Assembly (NCBI GenBank): GCA_963778655.1
Contig: CAVZVA010000012.1
Span: 32,001 to 96,000, forward strand
DNA length: 64,000 nt
From: an uncultured delta proteobacterium
Lineage (GTDB): Bacteria > Myxococcota_A > Polyangia > Polyangiales > JAFGIB01
Direction: 5' to 3'
Below are positions 36,860 to 48,664 of the stretch, piece by piece. Both the position numbers and the translations under genes were made by a program. Each line of letters begins with the position of its first letter. Position 1 is the stretch's first letter. Under the pieces are notes generated by a model, which had not been told where the DNA came from, did no database searches, and saw only the letters and a list, made by a program, of their open reading frames with translations.

Positions 36860-38131
36860 ATGTCCGAGCGCTCCAAACCGACTTCCGCCATCGCGTGCGC
36901 CGCGCAGGTCGCGCGCTGGCTGGCCGCGCTCTCGGTCGTGCTGGGATGCTCTGGCACGCCGCGTGTGGCGTCGAAGGCCAAGGGCGGAGCTGCCGGCGAC
37001 GCCGCGGCCGCGGGGGCGAGCGCCGCGGGCGAGAGCGGCGACGGCGGCGCAGCCCGTGGCGCCAATGACGGCGGCGGCAGCAGCGCCTCGGCCATGGGCG
37101 GCTCGCATGGAACGCAGCCGGCCGGCGGCGGCATCACGGACGGCGGCGCGGCGGCAAGCGACGCGGCCAGCGCGGCCGGCGCGATGGTCGCAGCGGACGG
37201 CGCCGCCTCGCCGCCGCACGGCACCGGGCCTGGCGACTGGGGGCCCGGCGACTATCCACCGGACATCACCTCGGACTCCTATCTCGAGATCTCCGGTGTC
37301 CCTGGCCAGGGCGACTATGTGCGCCAATACAAGGTGCACGTGCCGCCAAGCTATCAGCCCGACGTGCCCACGCCGGTCGTGTTCTGCATTCACGGCTTGG
37401 GCCAGGATGCCGTGCTTTTCTGCGTGACCGGCGCCGCGATGGACGCGAAGTCGGATGAAGCCGGCTTCATCCTGGTGATGCCCAACGGCTATCAGAACAG
37501 CTGGAACGCCGGCACCTGCTGCGGGGGCGCCAGCTCGGAGCAACTCGACGACGTCGCGTTGTTTCGCGCCATCTTCGACGAAGTCGGCAAGCACGTGAAC
37601 ATCGACCTCGATCGCGTGTACGCAACCGGCCTGTCGAACGGCGGATATATGAGCTACCGCCTGGCGTGCGACGCGGCCGACATCTTCACCGCGGTCGCGC
37701 CCGGCGCCGGCGCGATCGGCATCAACGACATCGGCGGCGGCACCAACGCGAGCTCCGATTTCGTCGAGTGCAAGCCGAGTCGGCCCGTCTCCGTGCTCGA
37801 CATTCACGGCACGGACGACCCGCTCATACCGTATTCGTTGCAAGCGCAGAGCCTCAGCCTCATGGCGACGAACAACGGGTGCACGACCAGCACCAGCCCC
37901 GCGTCGCAGCCGCCCAGCGGGGGCGACACCACCTGCGTCACCTACGAGGGCTGCGCGAGCGGGACCGAGCTCACCGGTTGCACGATCCAGGGCGGGGGCC
38001 ATTGCTGGTTCGGCAGCCCCGATTGCGGCACCGGCGGTGGCGACATCGGACTGGCCATCGTCGGCGCGAACAGCGACACGATGAAGAACACCGACGCGGT
38101 CTGGGACTTCTTCAAGCGTCTGTCCCGCTAA
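36860..38131 (+). CDS. Lipoprotein esterase, PHB depolymerase/LpqC family
   Basis: VFCIHG, SWNAGTCCG, DDVA, VYATGLSNGG, HGTDD, GGGHCW. Confidence 0.88.
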   Translation: MSERSKPTSAIACAAQVARWLAALSVVLGCSGTPRVASKAKGGAAGDAAAAGASAAGESGDGGAARGANDGGGSSASAMGGSHGTQPAGGGITDGGAAASDAASAAGAMVAADGAASPPHGTGPGDWGPGDYPPDITSDSYLEISGVPGQGDYVRQYKVHVPPSYQPDVPTPVVFCIHGLGQDAVLFCVTGAAMDAKSDEAGFILVMPNGYQNSWNAGTCCGGASSEQLDDVALFRAIFDEVGKHVNIDLDRVYATGLSNGGYMSYRLACDAADIFTAVAPGAGAIGINDIGGGTNASSDFVECKPSRPVSVLDIHGTDDPLIPYSLQAQSLSLMATNNGCTTSTSPASQPPSGGDTTCVTYEGCASGTELTGCTIQGGGHCWFGSPDCGTGGGDIGLAIVGANSDTMKNTDAVWDFFKRLSR

Positions 38132-38334
38132 GAACGCCGGCGCGCCCCTCGGCTGCCCGTGATCAGCGCGGCCCCCAGGTAGGATCCGGCAAGCCAGGTA
38201 GCCCGCGCCGTCCCTTCAGCGCCACGGTAGCGTAGCTGCAGCGGCGGCATCAACGGCCACCCGGTTCAGGCCGGTCGTGGCCCCGCCGCGAGCCGAGTTG
38301 TGGGATAGTCGTGCCTCGCGGACGAGGTGAGCGC

Positions 38335-39087
38335 ATGGAATTGGCTCGATGGATCGGATTGGCAGCGGCGCTGGGCGCGTGCACGGATGTCGCGGCGCCG
38401 CCCGGGTCCGCAGGCCAGGGCGGCAACGCCGGCGTCTCGCAAGGCTCGATGACGCCGGCAGGCAGCGGCGCCGCGGACGCCGCCGCCGGCATGGCGCCGG
38501 CCGCGATGATGTCGGGCGCCGGGGGCGGCTCCACGCCGGTTGCGACCACCTCCGGTAGCGGCGGTGTTGGAGGCGACGCCGGGATGCGCCGCGACGCGGC
38601 GGTGTCGGGTACGGGCGGCGCCGCGGCCGACAGCGGGAGCGCGGTTGACAGCGGGAGCGCGGCCGATTGCAGCGCTGCCGGCCTGGTGTGGAGGACGGCG
38701 CAGAAGACCCACTACACGTCGTATCCGGACCCGGGCAGCCAGGAGTGCATCCAATTCAATGGATGCATGTGGGAGGGTCAGTTTGCGGCTTGCGACTCCA
38801 AGCAGACCGAGGCTTGGGTTGCGGCGCACAACGTCGTCGCCGCTTTCCCCGATTTCGCCTCGCTCGAGCTCCACGATCTGTGCTTGCGCTCCGGGGCCAA
38901 CACGATCGTGGTAACCGTCTTGGACACCTGCGGAGACAGCGATTGCGGCGGCTGCTGCACCCAGAACCAACGCGACGCCGATGAGCTGATCGACATCGAG
39001 AGCTACACGGACCAGCGCTGGGGAGTGCAGGATGGCCGGATCGAATGGGCAGATCTGGGTCCGACCCGAACCTCGGGCTGTAACTGA
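38335..39087 (+). CDS. Lipoprotein with an RlpA-like double-psi beta-barrel (expansin/barwin-like) domain
   Basis: Lipobox LGAC; THY, VTVLDTC and LIDIE motifs. Confidence 0.6.
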   Translation: MELARWIGLAAALGACTDVAAPPGSAGQGGNAGVSQGSMTPAGSGAADAAAGMAPAAMMSGAGGGSTPVATTSGSGGVGGDAGMRRDAAVSGTGGAAADSGSAVDSGSAADCSAAGLVWRTAQKTHYTSYPDPGSQECIQFNGCMWEGQFAACDSKQTEAWVAAHNVVAAFPDFASLELHDLCLRSGANTIVVTVLDTCGDSDCGGCCTQNQRDADELIDIESYTDQRWGVQDGRIEWADLGPTRTSGCN

Positions 39088-39097
39088 GAGCCGCCGC

Positions 39098-40519
39098 TCA
39101 GCGCGGCCCTGCCTGGGCCTGGATCGCCGCCTGAAGCCCGGTCGTGGCGTCGAGCGTATAGGTATACGGCGGGGTAAACACACTTCCGGCACGCAGGTCG
39201 ACGGGGGTAGTGCCCGAGGTGCCCGTATACACGTTTCCGACGAACTTGATCGCGCTGTTGCCGTCCGAGTAGCTGGTGGTGTTGATGGGGGTCTTCACCC
39301 CGATGAAGACGTTGTTCTCGGCCAGGATGTTCGCGGACACGCCGACCCCGATGCAGTAGTCGTTGCCTTGCGACGTATACAGGTTGTCGAACAGGTGCAC
39401 CTGCCCGAAGCGCACGCGCGGCATGCGTTCGACCACGTTGTCGGCCCACCAGTCGTGGTGGAAGGTGATGCGCAAGTGCCCGGTGTCCTCGGAGGCGTTG
39501 CTGTCACTGTGTCCGATCAGATTCGAGAACTGATGGCCGCCGGAAGCACCGGCCGGGTCGGTGCGACGCCCCGAGTAGTGGAACTTGGTGTAGGAGATGG
39601 TCACGTAGTCGACGGCGTGGGTGAGGTCGAGGTTCCCATCCGAGCCGTCGGAGATGTCGTCGTGATCGAACCACAGGTGGTGCGCGGCGCCCTGTACGGT
39701 GATGGCGTCGTCACCGGCTGAGCAGTCGCTGGGATGGTCCGTGCAGTTGTAGCCCACGACGGTCAGGTTGCGGATGATCACGTTGGCGCTCTTGTTGAGC
39801 GAGATGTGGCCCTGCAAGGTCGCGCCATCGCATCCGATCAGCGTCTTGTTGGAGCCGATCGTCACGCTGCCGCTGATCGTCCCGTGCAGCTCGATGACCG
39901 TCTTGTCGGTGCCCTTGACCGCGTTCTGCAGCGCGCTCAAGTCGCTCACCTCGACCATCGTGCCGCCGTCGCCCCCGGTGGTGGATGCTCCGTTGTCCAT
40001 CACCGAGGCCCAGCCGACCAGCGCGCTGGGCGCGCCCGCGCAGGTGCCGTCCGGCGCAGGCGCGCCGGCCGCGCCGCCGGTGCCGCCGGTGCCGCCCGTG
40101 CCACCGCTGCCGCCAGCGCCGCCGGTCGCGCCGCTGCCGCCCGCACCCCCGCTGCCCGCGCCGGCGACGTCGCCGCCACCCGTCCCGCCCGCGCCGGCGC
40201 CCGCACCGCCTGCGCCGCCCGTGCCCACGGTCGAGCCGCCGGTGCCGCCGGTCGGCTGCCCGGTGCTCACGCTCGGCGGCACCATGCCGCTGCTGCCCCC
40301 GCTACCCAGCGTCGAGCCTTCGGTTCCGGGGCCGCCCGTTCCGGTGAAGCCAGGACCTGTTGCCGCCGCGCCTGCCGCCCCGCCGCCCGTCGAGCTGCCG
40401 CTGCAGCCCAGGCCGCCGAGCGCCAAGCCGATTGCTACCAGGACCCAGCGAGACGCCCAATTCGTGGGCGTTGGAATGGACCCGGATCGATCCACGCCAG
40501 TGCTTCTCATGCCAGACAA
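39098..40519 (-). CDS. Pectate lyase (PL1) lipoprotein
   Basis: TTGG.GG, SNKTLIG, NVIIRNL, DAITV, WFDH, DGNLD, RMPRVRFG.VH. Confidence 0.92.
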   Translation of the reverse strand: MSGMRSTGVDRSGSIPTPTNWASRWVLVAIGLALGGLGCSGSSTGGGAAGAAATGPGFTGTGGPGTEGSTLGSGGSSGMVPPSVSTGQPTGGTGGSTVGTGGAGGAGAGAGGTGGGDVAGAGSGGAGGSGATGGAGGSGGTGGTGGTGGAAGAPAPDGTCAGAPSALVGWASVMDNGASTTGGDGGTMVEVSDLSALQNAVKGTDKTVIELHGTISGSVTIGSNKTLIGCDGATLQGHISLNKSANVIIRNLTVVGYNCTDHPSDCSAGDDAITVQGAAHHLWFDHDDISDGSDGNLDLTHAVDYVTISYTKFHYSGRRTDPAGASGGHQFSNLIGHSDSNASEDTGHLRITFHHDWWADNVVERMPRVRFGQVHLFDNLYTSQGNDYCIGVGVSANILAENNVFIGVKTPINTTSYSDGNSAIKFVGNVYTGTSGTTPVDLRAGSVFTPPYTYTLDATTGLQAAIQAQAGPR

Positions 40520-40738
40520 GTGTGCGATTGATCGCCGGGCGGGTCACCGATTTGGCGCCTTGTCGTCTCCACGGGGGGCGCTCCGCGAGCGCCGCGGCAG
40601 TCGGGGGGCATTCGCGCCGCGTTGCCGTGCGCTGCGCCTCCCGGCGCGCATGCGTCCACGGACCGGGGCGCCTGCCGAGCGGGCCGGTCCGTGGCCGAGG
40701 GCATGGCGGCGGGCGGAGGGCGCCGGCAGCCCGCGCGG

Positions 40739-43700
40739 TTACAAGGCGGCGAGCAGGGTGGCGACGTCGCCCGATTGGTGAAGTGCCTGGCTGATGCCGG
40801 ACAAGAGCTGCGGCGGGACCCTGCGCGAGTCGGGGCGCCCGCGCAGCACCACCACGCCCGTGATCTCGGCGCCGCGCTTGCTCGCGTGCGTCAGCGGCAG
40901 AGCCGTGAAGACCTCGCCCAGTTGGTTGCGCCACAACGAATCGCCTGCCTCGCCGGCGGGATGCGAGGGACCCGGTGCCACGACGCGGGCCGTTTCGACC
41001 GTGTCGTGCTCGTCGGTGAGGCGTTCGAGCAGCGAGCCGACCCGCGCGTCGAGGTCATCGGGCGGGACCACCGCGCCTTCCTGGGCCGCGAGCTTCGGAC
41101 CGTCGGACTGGATCGTGTAGATGAAACCGGCGTCGACCCCGGCCGCCTGCACCAGCGAGCGCAGCGCGGTCAGCGCCCGCTCGCGACTGTCGTTGAACTG
41201 CGTGACCGACAGCTCGTGAAGCGTTCTGGCAACCCAGCTTGCGGCCGCATTGGCGATCTCTTCGGTCACAGCGATCCGCGCGGCCTCGGCGCGCGTCATC
41301 AGGGCCGCGTAACGCGCCGTCAACAGCGGGTTGCGACCGCTGCGATAAATCGCTGCGCAGCTGCCCGCGAACCGCTCGAACGACGCCTGATCGCCCGCCT
41401 CGAGCGCCACCAGTGCCCGCGTCTCGTACGCCCCGCCGAGCACCAGACCGCCGGCCTCGAAGTCCTCGAGCAGCGCAATCGACTCGTCCGCAAGCCCGCG
41501 CGCGCTGTCGTGTAAGCCGGCTGCAGAGTGCAGGCGCGCCAGCGCCTCCAGCAGCGAATGCGTTTGTGGACCCAGCTCGACGCCGCGCGCTGCGGCCAGC
41601 TGCTCCGCGCCCACAGCGAGCCCTTCGTCCGTCCGACCGAGCTTCGAGAGCACGAGCAGGTGGGACGCGGCCAGCTCTGCGTGCGCCGGGTGCTCGCCGG
41701 GGCAGGTCAAGGCAAGCCCCGCTTCGAAATCCGCGAGCGCCTTCTGCAAGGCTCCGCGCAGCTCGTGGTACGCGCCGCGCGCGTGGTAATAGAGCGGAAG
41801 CCAGCCCGGCGCGCCCTCGGCTCTGCGTTCGATTCTCGGGCAGCAGGCGCTTGAGCCGGGCCAGGTCTCCGGCGAATGCGTAGACCAGCGCTTCCCGGTG
41901 GATGTGGCTGCCTTCGAACATCTGCGGCGGATTGTCCCGCAGCCGTATCAGCTCGGCCTTGCGCTTGAACGCGTCGGCCGCGGTCGTGTCGCCCCTGCAC
42001 AACGCCGCGAGCATGCGTAAGCAGCACGCGTTGATGACGAAGATCGGGTCGCTCTCCAGCTCGGTCATAACTCGTCGACGGCCGACAGGACCGCGTGGGT
42101 GTCGTCGCAGTCGAGCAGCAGCTTGATCTCGTCCAGAGATAAGCCCTCGGGCTCCACCAGCGACAACCCCATGGCCAGGCGCGCGCTCATCGGCGACAGG
42201 CGGGCGAGCTTGGCTTCGAGCGCGGCCTGCAGCGACGACGGAAGGTCGCCGGGGTCGAGCTGGGCGGGCAGCAGCCACGATCCGGCCTGATACCGCACCA
42301 CGCCGCGGTCGAGCAGGTGCTGCGCCAGCTGCATCAGCGCACCGGGCGAGCCCGACGACAGCCGGTGCAGCCTGTCGGTGAGCGACCGAAGGTGATCGAT
42401 GTCGCCGAAGATGGACTGCAGCAGCGACTCGGTCTGGTCCAGCGACAGCGGTTGCATCTCGATCACGGTCGCGGTCCCCACGAAGAAGCGCAGCGACGGG
42501 TTGCCGGAGGCGTCGGCCATCGAGGGTAGGGTGACGGCGACGAGCAGTCGGTTGTGGCGCGCCTCGGTCGTGAGCAGAGCCAGCAGCGCCGCGCTGCGCT
42601 CGTCCATCAAGTGCGCGTCGTCGACTGCGAGCATCAACGTACGGCCCGCCGAGGCGCGCAGCAGCAGGTCGCGTGCCGCGTCGCGATATCGCGCCTGGAC
42701 CCCGGAGTCGACGGTCTCCGCAGCGGGCGCTTGGCTCGAGCCGGATGGCGGATGCAGGGACGAAAGCAGCAGCGCGCTCGGCTCGTCGGCCAGCGCGGGC
42801 ATAGCTTCGAGCACCTGAGTTACAAGCGCGTTGACCACGCCGAACGGTCCCTTCTGGTCCGAGGCGTTCGCGCGCGCCACGGCGGCCCCGTGCAGCTTTG
42901 CCTCCAGCACGCTGCTCGCGAGAAAGCGGCTGCGTCCCATGCCCTCCTCACCGATGATCAGCGCCGCCCTGGCGCGTTTGCCCGGCTCGCGTTCGAGCAG
43001 CTCCCGCACGCGGGCGAGCTCGCGCTTCCGCCCTGAAAGCCGCGGCGAGGTGAGATAGGCTTGCTGCACGACCAGCTGCTCCGACACGTCGCGGCCACCG
43101 ATCACACACAGCCGCTCCATCACCTCGGCGGCGGTCTGCGGTCGAGCGGCGCGGTCGAGCGACAACAGCGACAGCACCAGTGCGTCGAGCGCGGCAGGAA
43201 CACCGCTCGCGTAGTGCGAGGGTGGGCGCGGCGCGGTGCGCCAGGCCGCGAGCAAGGTCTCGAAAGAACGCGCGCCGTAGGCGTGGCGTCCGGTCAGTGC
43301 GAAGTACGCGGTCGCCCCCAGCGCGAACAAGTCGACGCGGCCGTCGAGCTCCTGCCCGTGCACCGCTTCGGGCGGACAGAACGGCGGCGTGCCGACCAGG
43401 CGCGGCGTGCTGCCGAACGGCGCGATCGCGCCGAAGTCGATCAGCTTGGCCAGACCGTCTTCGGTGCAGCGGATGTTGCGCGGCGTGACGTCGCGGTGCA
43501 TGAGGCCGCGCGAGTGGATGAGCGACAACGCCGAGCTGACGTCGCTGAGCAGCGCGCAGACACGGTCGGCGGGCAAGGGGGAGAGCTGGCCGAGATCGCC
43601 GCCGCCCAGCCACTCCATGGTGTAGAACGCGCAACCGTCGTCGCGGCCGTAGTCGTACACCTCCACGACCCTCGGATGACTGAGCTGCTGTAGAGTGTGG

Positions 43701-43924
43701 TACTCGCGTTCGAACAGCTGGCGCAGCTCGCCGGCCTGCTCTCCGCCGCTCGGCAGCAATCGTTTCAGCGCCAGCACGCGGTCGCGCGCGGTGTCGTGCG
43801 CGGCGTAGGCAACCGCCATCCCCCCGCGGCCCAGCTCGCTGGTAATTCGATAGCGCTCGGCCACCAGCGAACCCGCGACCAGCTCGGCGCTTCGCTCCGG
43901 GCTGCTACCGGCCTGATGGCCCAT
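40739..43924 (-). pseudogene. Ser/Thr protein kinase with AAA-ATPase region, disrupted
   Basis: Kinase motifs LGRGGM, ALK, HRDVTPRN, DFG, PE; P-loop-like GEEGMGRS. Stop at 42065, a frame change near 41833, C-terminal piece 40739-41830. Confidence 0.82.
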
Positions 43925-44046
43925 ATTGCTACAATAATCCCGTTTGGATGTAATCGTCTACGCGGTTTGTGCCTGCCGCTGTACAAGACTCCCGGTTCTC
44001 CAGCCTCGCCAACTCTACCGATCGGTAGCCTCCAGGCCCCCTCCCT

Positions 44047-45483
44047 ATGCAGAAATCGAGCTGGCGGTCGCTTACTCAGTTGCTATGGGCCGTTGTCGTT
44101 GCTATCCCGACTCTTGGTGGGCACGTCGCTGCGGCGGCGCGCTGTGGTAAGTGGTGGAGGAGCCAAACAATGCGAACACGATGCTATCTGCGGGCGCGGC
44201 CTGGCGCCGCGCATCTCAGCGACTTGCGATGTCCCGCGCTCGAGCATGACGATGGCGATGAGGTTGAGTCGCTCGTTTCAAGCACGGGCGCCCTCGGCGA
44301 GCGCCGCGGTGCGCGGTCGAGGTTCAAGAGCACGTCCGTGGGAGTCGTCGCTGCGGCAGCAGCGGCCCTGATGTGCGGATGCAGCGCCTCGAATAGCGGC
44401 TCGCCCGCCCCGCTGGGCACCGTTGGCCTTCCCGCGCTCGGTGGTGCTGGAGTCTCCAGTGTGAGCCCAGGGGGGGGTACAGGCGGCACCGGTGCCGGCG
44501 CCGGTGCGACCGCAGCGAAGAATCCCTCACCCTTGCCGACGACGAGCACTGGCGGCGTCGGCGGCGCCGGGCTCGGCACCGGCGGTGCCGTCACCCCGAT
44601 GCCGGTGGGCACCGGGGGCTCCGGGATGGTGGCAATGACCACCGGAGGAACCGGAGGAATCGGCGGTGGCACGGCGGGGACCGGCACCGGCGGCGTCGCG
44701 ATGATGCCGCCGCAGGTCAACACCTCGAGCGATCCCACGATCCCCGCCATCACGGGCGACTGCCCGAGCCTCGAGACGGGACCGATCAACTTCATGGGCG
44801 AGACCGGCCAAGTCGAAGCCGGCCCGATGCCTTCCAGCCCCACCGCCCCGATGTTGCTCTACTGGCACGGCACGGGGTCGACCGCGGGTGAGTACGCATT
44901 CATGGCGGCCGACGTCGCGCAGGGCGTTACCAGCCAAGGCGGCGTGATCGTGTCCTTCGAGAGCACGACCAACCAAGGTGACTGCTCGCCTTCAGGCACG
45001 TTCATCTTCTGCACCGGCGACTTCGACGTCATGGACCAGTACGTCGCCTGCGCCGTCAAGAACCGCAACGTCGATCCGCACCGTATCTACACCGCGGGTT
45101 GCAGCGCCGGCGGTTTGATGGCCACGGCCATGGCCATGCAGCGCTCGGAGTACATCGCCTCTGCCACGCCCAACTCGGGCGGCGTCACGTTCGGCGGCGC
45201 GTTCAGCTCCGATCACACGCCGGCCTTGATGACGATCCACGGTGCGCCGGGCTCGGACGTCGTGGGCGTGGACTTCTCGCAGACGAGCGCGACTGCGGAC
45301 ATGCTGTTCAAGCAGCACGGCGGCTTTGCCGTCGACTGCAATACGGGCGGCGGGCACTGCGGCGGAGCGCCGCTGGCCCCGGACGCGTGGACGTTCCTGC
45401 AGGCGCATCCGTACGGCGTCGATCCCGAGCCGTATGCCGGCGGGCTGCCCGCGGGCTTTTCCTCACAGTGCTCGATCCAGTAG
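44047..45483 (+). CDS. Lipoprotein alpha/beta-hydrolase (esterase); true start probably ~44300-44370
   Basis: MCGC lipobox-like segment, Gly-rich linker, YWHGTG, IYTAGCSAGG nucleophile elbow, GGGHC. Confidence 0.8.
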   Translation: MQKSSWRSLTQLLWAVVVAIPTLGGHVAAAARCGKWWRSQTMRTRCYLRARPGAAHLSDLRCPALEHDDGDEVESLVSSTGALGERRGARSRFKSTSVGVVAAAAAALMCGCSASNSGSPAPLGTVGLPALGGAGVSSVSPGGGTGGTGAGAGATAAKNPSPLPTTSTGGVGGAGLGTGGAVTPMPVGTGGSGMVAMTTGGTGGIGGGTAGTGTGGVAMMPPQVNTSSDPTIPAITGDCPSLETGPINFMGETGQVEAGPMPSSPTAPMLLYWHGTGSTAGEYAFMAADVAQGVTSQGGVIVSFESTTNQGDCSPSGTFIFCTGDFDVMDQYVACAVKNRNVDPHRIYTAGCSAGGLMATAMAMQRSEYIASATPNSGGVTFGGAFSSDHTPALMTIHGAPGSDVVGVDFSQTSATADMLFKQHGGFAVDCNTGGGHCGGAPLAPDAWTFLQAHPYGVDPEPYAGGLPAGFSSQCSIQ

Positions 45484-45683
45484 TGACTTGCGCCCCGCGG
45501 TGCGCGTAGCCGTCGTCCGGCGATCGCGCACCACGCGGGTGGGTTCTCGGCAGCGGAGGTAAGTCCCGCGCCGAGTGGGTCTGCGGCCGCGCGCAAGCGG
45601 TCCGGGTTGGTGTGACGTGAGCCGTCTGGGCTGCCGGTCGAGTGCTTTCGACGGCAGGACAAAATCTGGGTTGGAGGAAGCCG

Positions 45684-46832
45684 ATGCGCACGCAAAGGGT
45701 GGTGGTTGGGTTGTGTCTTTCGTTCGTGCTCGCGGCCGCGGTCGCCTGCGGTTCGAGCTCGAACGTCAATAAGGGAAGCGGAACTGGAGGGACGAGCGCC
45801 CTTAGCCCGATGACGGGCACGGGCGGGGCCGCGGCTCCCGCCGGCGGGACCGGCGGTATGAGCGCGGCCAATCAGCCGCAGGTCGGAACCGGCGGCATGC
45901 CCTCGATCATCGGCGCGCCCGGTGCGGGTGCGGCGGGCGCCGGTTCGGTGGGCCAGGGCGGCTCGAGCGGCGGGGCCGCGACGGGCGGCTCCGGCGCGGC
46001 CGGCATGGCCGGCATGGCCGGCGCCGGCGGCAACACCGCGCCGACCGGCACGATTCCCGTGCACGGACCTGACCCCGCCGACTCGCTGTCGGGTATGACG
46101 ATGGGCCCGTACAATGTCATGGCCTATACGGACGGCTATGCGCCCTCGACGGACTATGCCGATTCGACCATCTACGCGCCGACCGACGCCGAGCCGCCGC
46201 TGGCGAGCGTAGCGGTGGTGCCCGGATTCGTGTCGCCCCAGTCGGCGATCCAGAACTGGGGCCCGTTCCTGGCTTCCTACGGCATCGCCACCATCACCAT
46301 CGGCACCAACTCGCCGTCGGACCCGCCCGACGTCCGCGAGGTCGCGTTGATGGGCGCGCTCAAGACGCTGCGCGACGAGAACACGCGCATGGGCAGCCCG
46401 CTGATGGGCAAGCTCGCGACCGACGTGCAGGCGACGATGGGCTGGTCGATGGGCGGCGGCGGCACCTTGCTCGCAGCCAACGATCACCACGAGCTGAAGG
46501 CCACGGTCTCAATGTGCGCGTGGAATCCCGGCTTTCAGTACTCGATGATCACGTCGCCGGCGCTGATGTTCGCTTCGCAAGGCGATCCGCTTGCTGGCGG
46601 ACAATCCCAGGGCTTCTACACCAGCATCCCGGACACAACGCCGAAGATGCTGATCGAGACGCCGGGTGGCGATCACTTCGTCGGCAATGATCCCGTGAAC
46701 CAGAACGGCATGATCGGCCGCTACGGGCTCTCCTGGCTGAAAGTGTTCCTCGAAGGCGACGAGCGCTATCGCAAGATCCTGTTGATGATGCCCTCGGTGA
46801 CGACCACCGACTATCAGAGCAACGTCCAGTGA
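45684..46832 (+). CDS. Lipoprotein cutinase/PETase-like alpha/beta-hydrolase
   Basis: VPGF...WGPFLASYG, GWSMGGGG, AW, GDPL, GGDHF, W.K.F...D.RY; RBS GGAGG. Confidence 0.85.
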   Translation: MRTQRVVVGLCLSFVLAAAVACGSSSNVNKGSGTGGTSALSPMTGTGGAAAPAGGTGGMSAANQPQVGTGGMPSIIGAPGAGAAGAGSVGQGGSSGGAATGGSGAAGMAGMAGAGGNTAPTGTIPVHGPDPADSLSGMTMGPYNVMAYTDGYAPSTDYADSTIYAPTDAEPPLASVAVVPGFVSPQSAIQNWGPFLASYGIATITIGTNSPSDPPDVREVALMGALKTLRDENTRMGSPLMGKLATDVQATMGWSMGGGGTLLAANDHHELKATVSMCAWNPGFQYSMITSPALMFASQGDPLAGGQSQGFYTSIPDTTPKMLIETPGGDHFVGNDPVNQNGMIGRYGLSWLKVFLEGDERYRKILLMMPSVTTTDYQSNVQ

Positions 46833-47474
46833 GCTGCTCGCGCGTCGGGCAATCCCGGCGCGCGCACCACGAAGCTCGGAGCGCGGTCGACCGGCCTAGG
46901 ATGCGGCCGGGCTCCGCGCTCGCGCCTGCAGCACCGACCGGCGCGCAAAGAAACGAACCGGCGGCGAGAGCTTCGGGGGGAAGCTCTCGCCGCCCAGTGA
47001 GCTGGCTCAGAGGCCCGGGGGGGAATGAGCCTCCAGGGAACCAGCACCGCTGTGCTGTGTGGGAATGCGAAGTCCGTGCCAGCTCGGACCGGCCCCAATT
47101 TGCGGCAAAAGAACCACACCGCGCCGGCACGTCCCACGCGGCCGGCTCTCAGAAATGAAAAATCAGACTGCGAAAACGAAAGGCCATGACGGGCGGAGCG
47201 GGCGGTCGACCGAGATGCCCCCGGATGTCTAGAGCTCGCCGGACAAGAACAGGCAACGCGCAGCCGTTCAGCGATTGCGCGCCCGATTTTGCTCAACGTC
47301 ATCCATGGCGGCACCGAGATCCAGCCGACCTCGTGGGGCAACGCGGTCAAGCCCTACCTGCTCGCGCACGTGCCGTGAGCAGGCTCGCCGCCCTCGGCCG
47401 CGGCTGAGCGCCCGCCCGCAGGCCTTCGCTGTTGTGCCGCCGTTGCGCAGTGCGCGACCGTTTGGTAGCTGGGG

Positions 47475-48599
47475 GTGATGCGCCGGCTGCGAGTCGACTT
47501 GGTGCTCGGGCTGCTGCCGCTCGCGGCGGCGTCCGGCGGTTGCGCCACCGGCTCGACCTGCGACGGTGCCGCCTGTAGCGCGGCGGCACCCGATCCGGGA
47601 GCAGGCGCGGCAGGCGCGAGCAGCGGTACGGAGGCCGCTGGCAGCGCGGGCGCGATTGCGACGACCGGCGGCGTCTCCGGCGCCGCGATCGATGCCGGCG
47701 TGGGCACGAGCCTGGACGCCGGTATGGTCGCCGCGATCGATGCCGCGCCAGAGCTGCAGACGCCGGTGGTGCGCGGCGACCGCTGCGTGCTCGCGCTCGG
47801 CGACGTGGCGATGGAGATCGACGCGACCCTGGGCGGACGCATCACCTCGTTGCGGCTGGGCCAGGTGGAGCTGCTGAGCGGACCGAGCGTGAACGCCAGC
47901 AATTACGGCTCGACCTTCTGGACCAGCCCGCAGGCTGACTGGGGCTGGCCGCCAGTCGCGGCGATCGACAACGCGCCGTTCAGCGTAGCGCCCTCGACGG
48001 ACAGCGAGTGCGTGCTGCAGGGGGCGGTGGTTGCCGACTCTGCGCATCCCAACGTGGACGGCGTCCAGATCAGCAAGCACTTCAGCGCCGATGTCGCCGC
48101 CCAGGCGCTGGTGGCACAGTACACGATCGCGAACCAGGGCACGGGCGCGCTGCAGCTGGCGCCGTGGGAGATCGCGCGGGTGGCGCCGGGCGGCTTGACC
48201 TTCTACGCCAGCGACTCCGATCCCGGCGGCGACAAGCAGCCACCGACGGTGCGCGCGGCCGGTTGCGTGTGGCTCGAGCACGATCCGAGCATCGCGGTCG
48301 ACTCCAAGCTGTTCGGGGACGGCAAGGGCTGGGTCGCGCACGTCTCGCCGGACAACGTGCTGCTGCTCAGGGTGTTCGAGGACGTCGCGCCGGGCGCGGC
48401 CGCGAGCGGCGAAGCCGAGATCGAGATGTACACCGGTGCCGGCTACGACGAGATCGAGTGCCAGGGCGGCTCGATGCCAATTGAGCCCGGCGCCGAGCGA
48501 GTGTGGAGCGTCCGCTGGATCGTGCGCGCGCTGCCCGCGAGCATCGCGCGCAGCGCGGGCAATCCCGACCTGGTCGCATTCGTGCAATCGCTGCTGTGA
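47475..48599 (+). CDS. DUF4380-like (galactose mutarotase-like) lipoprotein
   Basis: GGRITS, YGSTFWTSPQ..W.WPP, APWEI.RV, KLF.DG..W, EIE.Y, EIE.QG. Confidence 0.7.
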   Translation: MMRRLRVDLVLGLLPLAAASGGCATGSTCDGAACSAAAPDPGAGAAGASSGTEAAGSAGAIATTGGVSGAAIDAGVGTSLDAGMVAAIDAAPELQTPVVRGDRCVLALGDVAMEIDATLGGRITSLRLGQVELLSGPSVNASNYGSTFWTSPQADWGWPPVAAIDNAPFSVAPSTDSECVLQGAVVADSAHPNVDGVQISKHFSADVAAQALVAQYTIANQGTGALQLAPWEIARVAPGGLTFYASDSDPGGDKQPPTVRAAGCVWLEHDPSIAVDSKLFGDGKGWVAHVSPDNVLLLRVFEDVAPGAAASGEAEIEMYTGAGYDEIECQGGSMPIEPGAERVWSVRWIVRALPASIARSAGNPDLVAFVQSLL

Positions 48600-48664
48600 C
48601 CGGCCGCGATGCAGGCGCGTGCGTGCGCTGACCCGGTTGGGTCCGCGCACGGCACAACACGGCG

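Noticed and set aside
40040..40400. GGC/ACC-rich repetitive DNA in several lipoprotein genes
   Set aside because: Explained by Gly/Thr/Ala low-complexity linkers; not independent DNA repeats.
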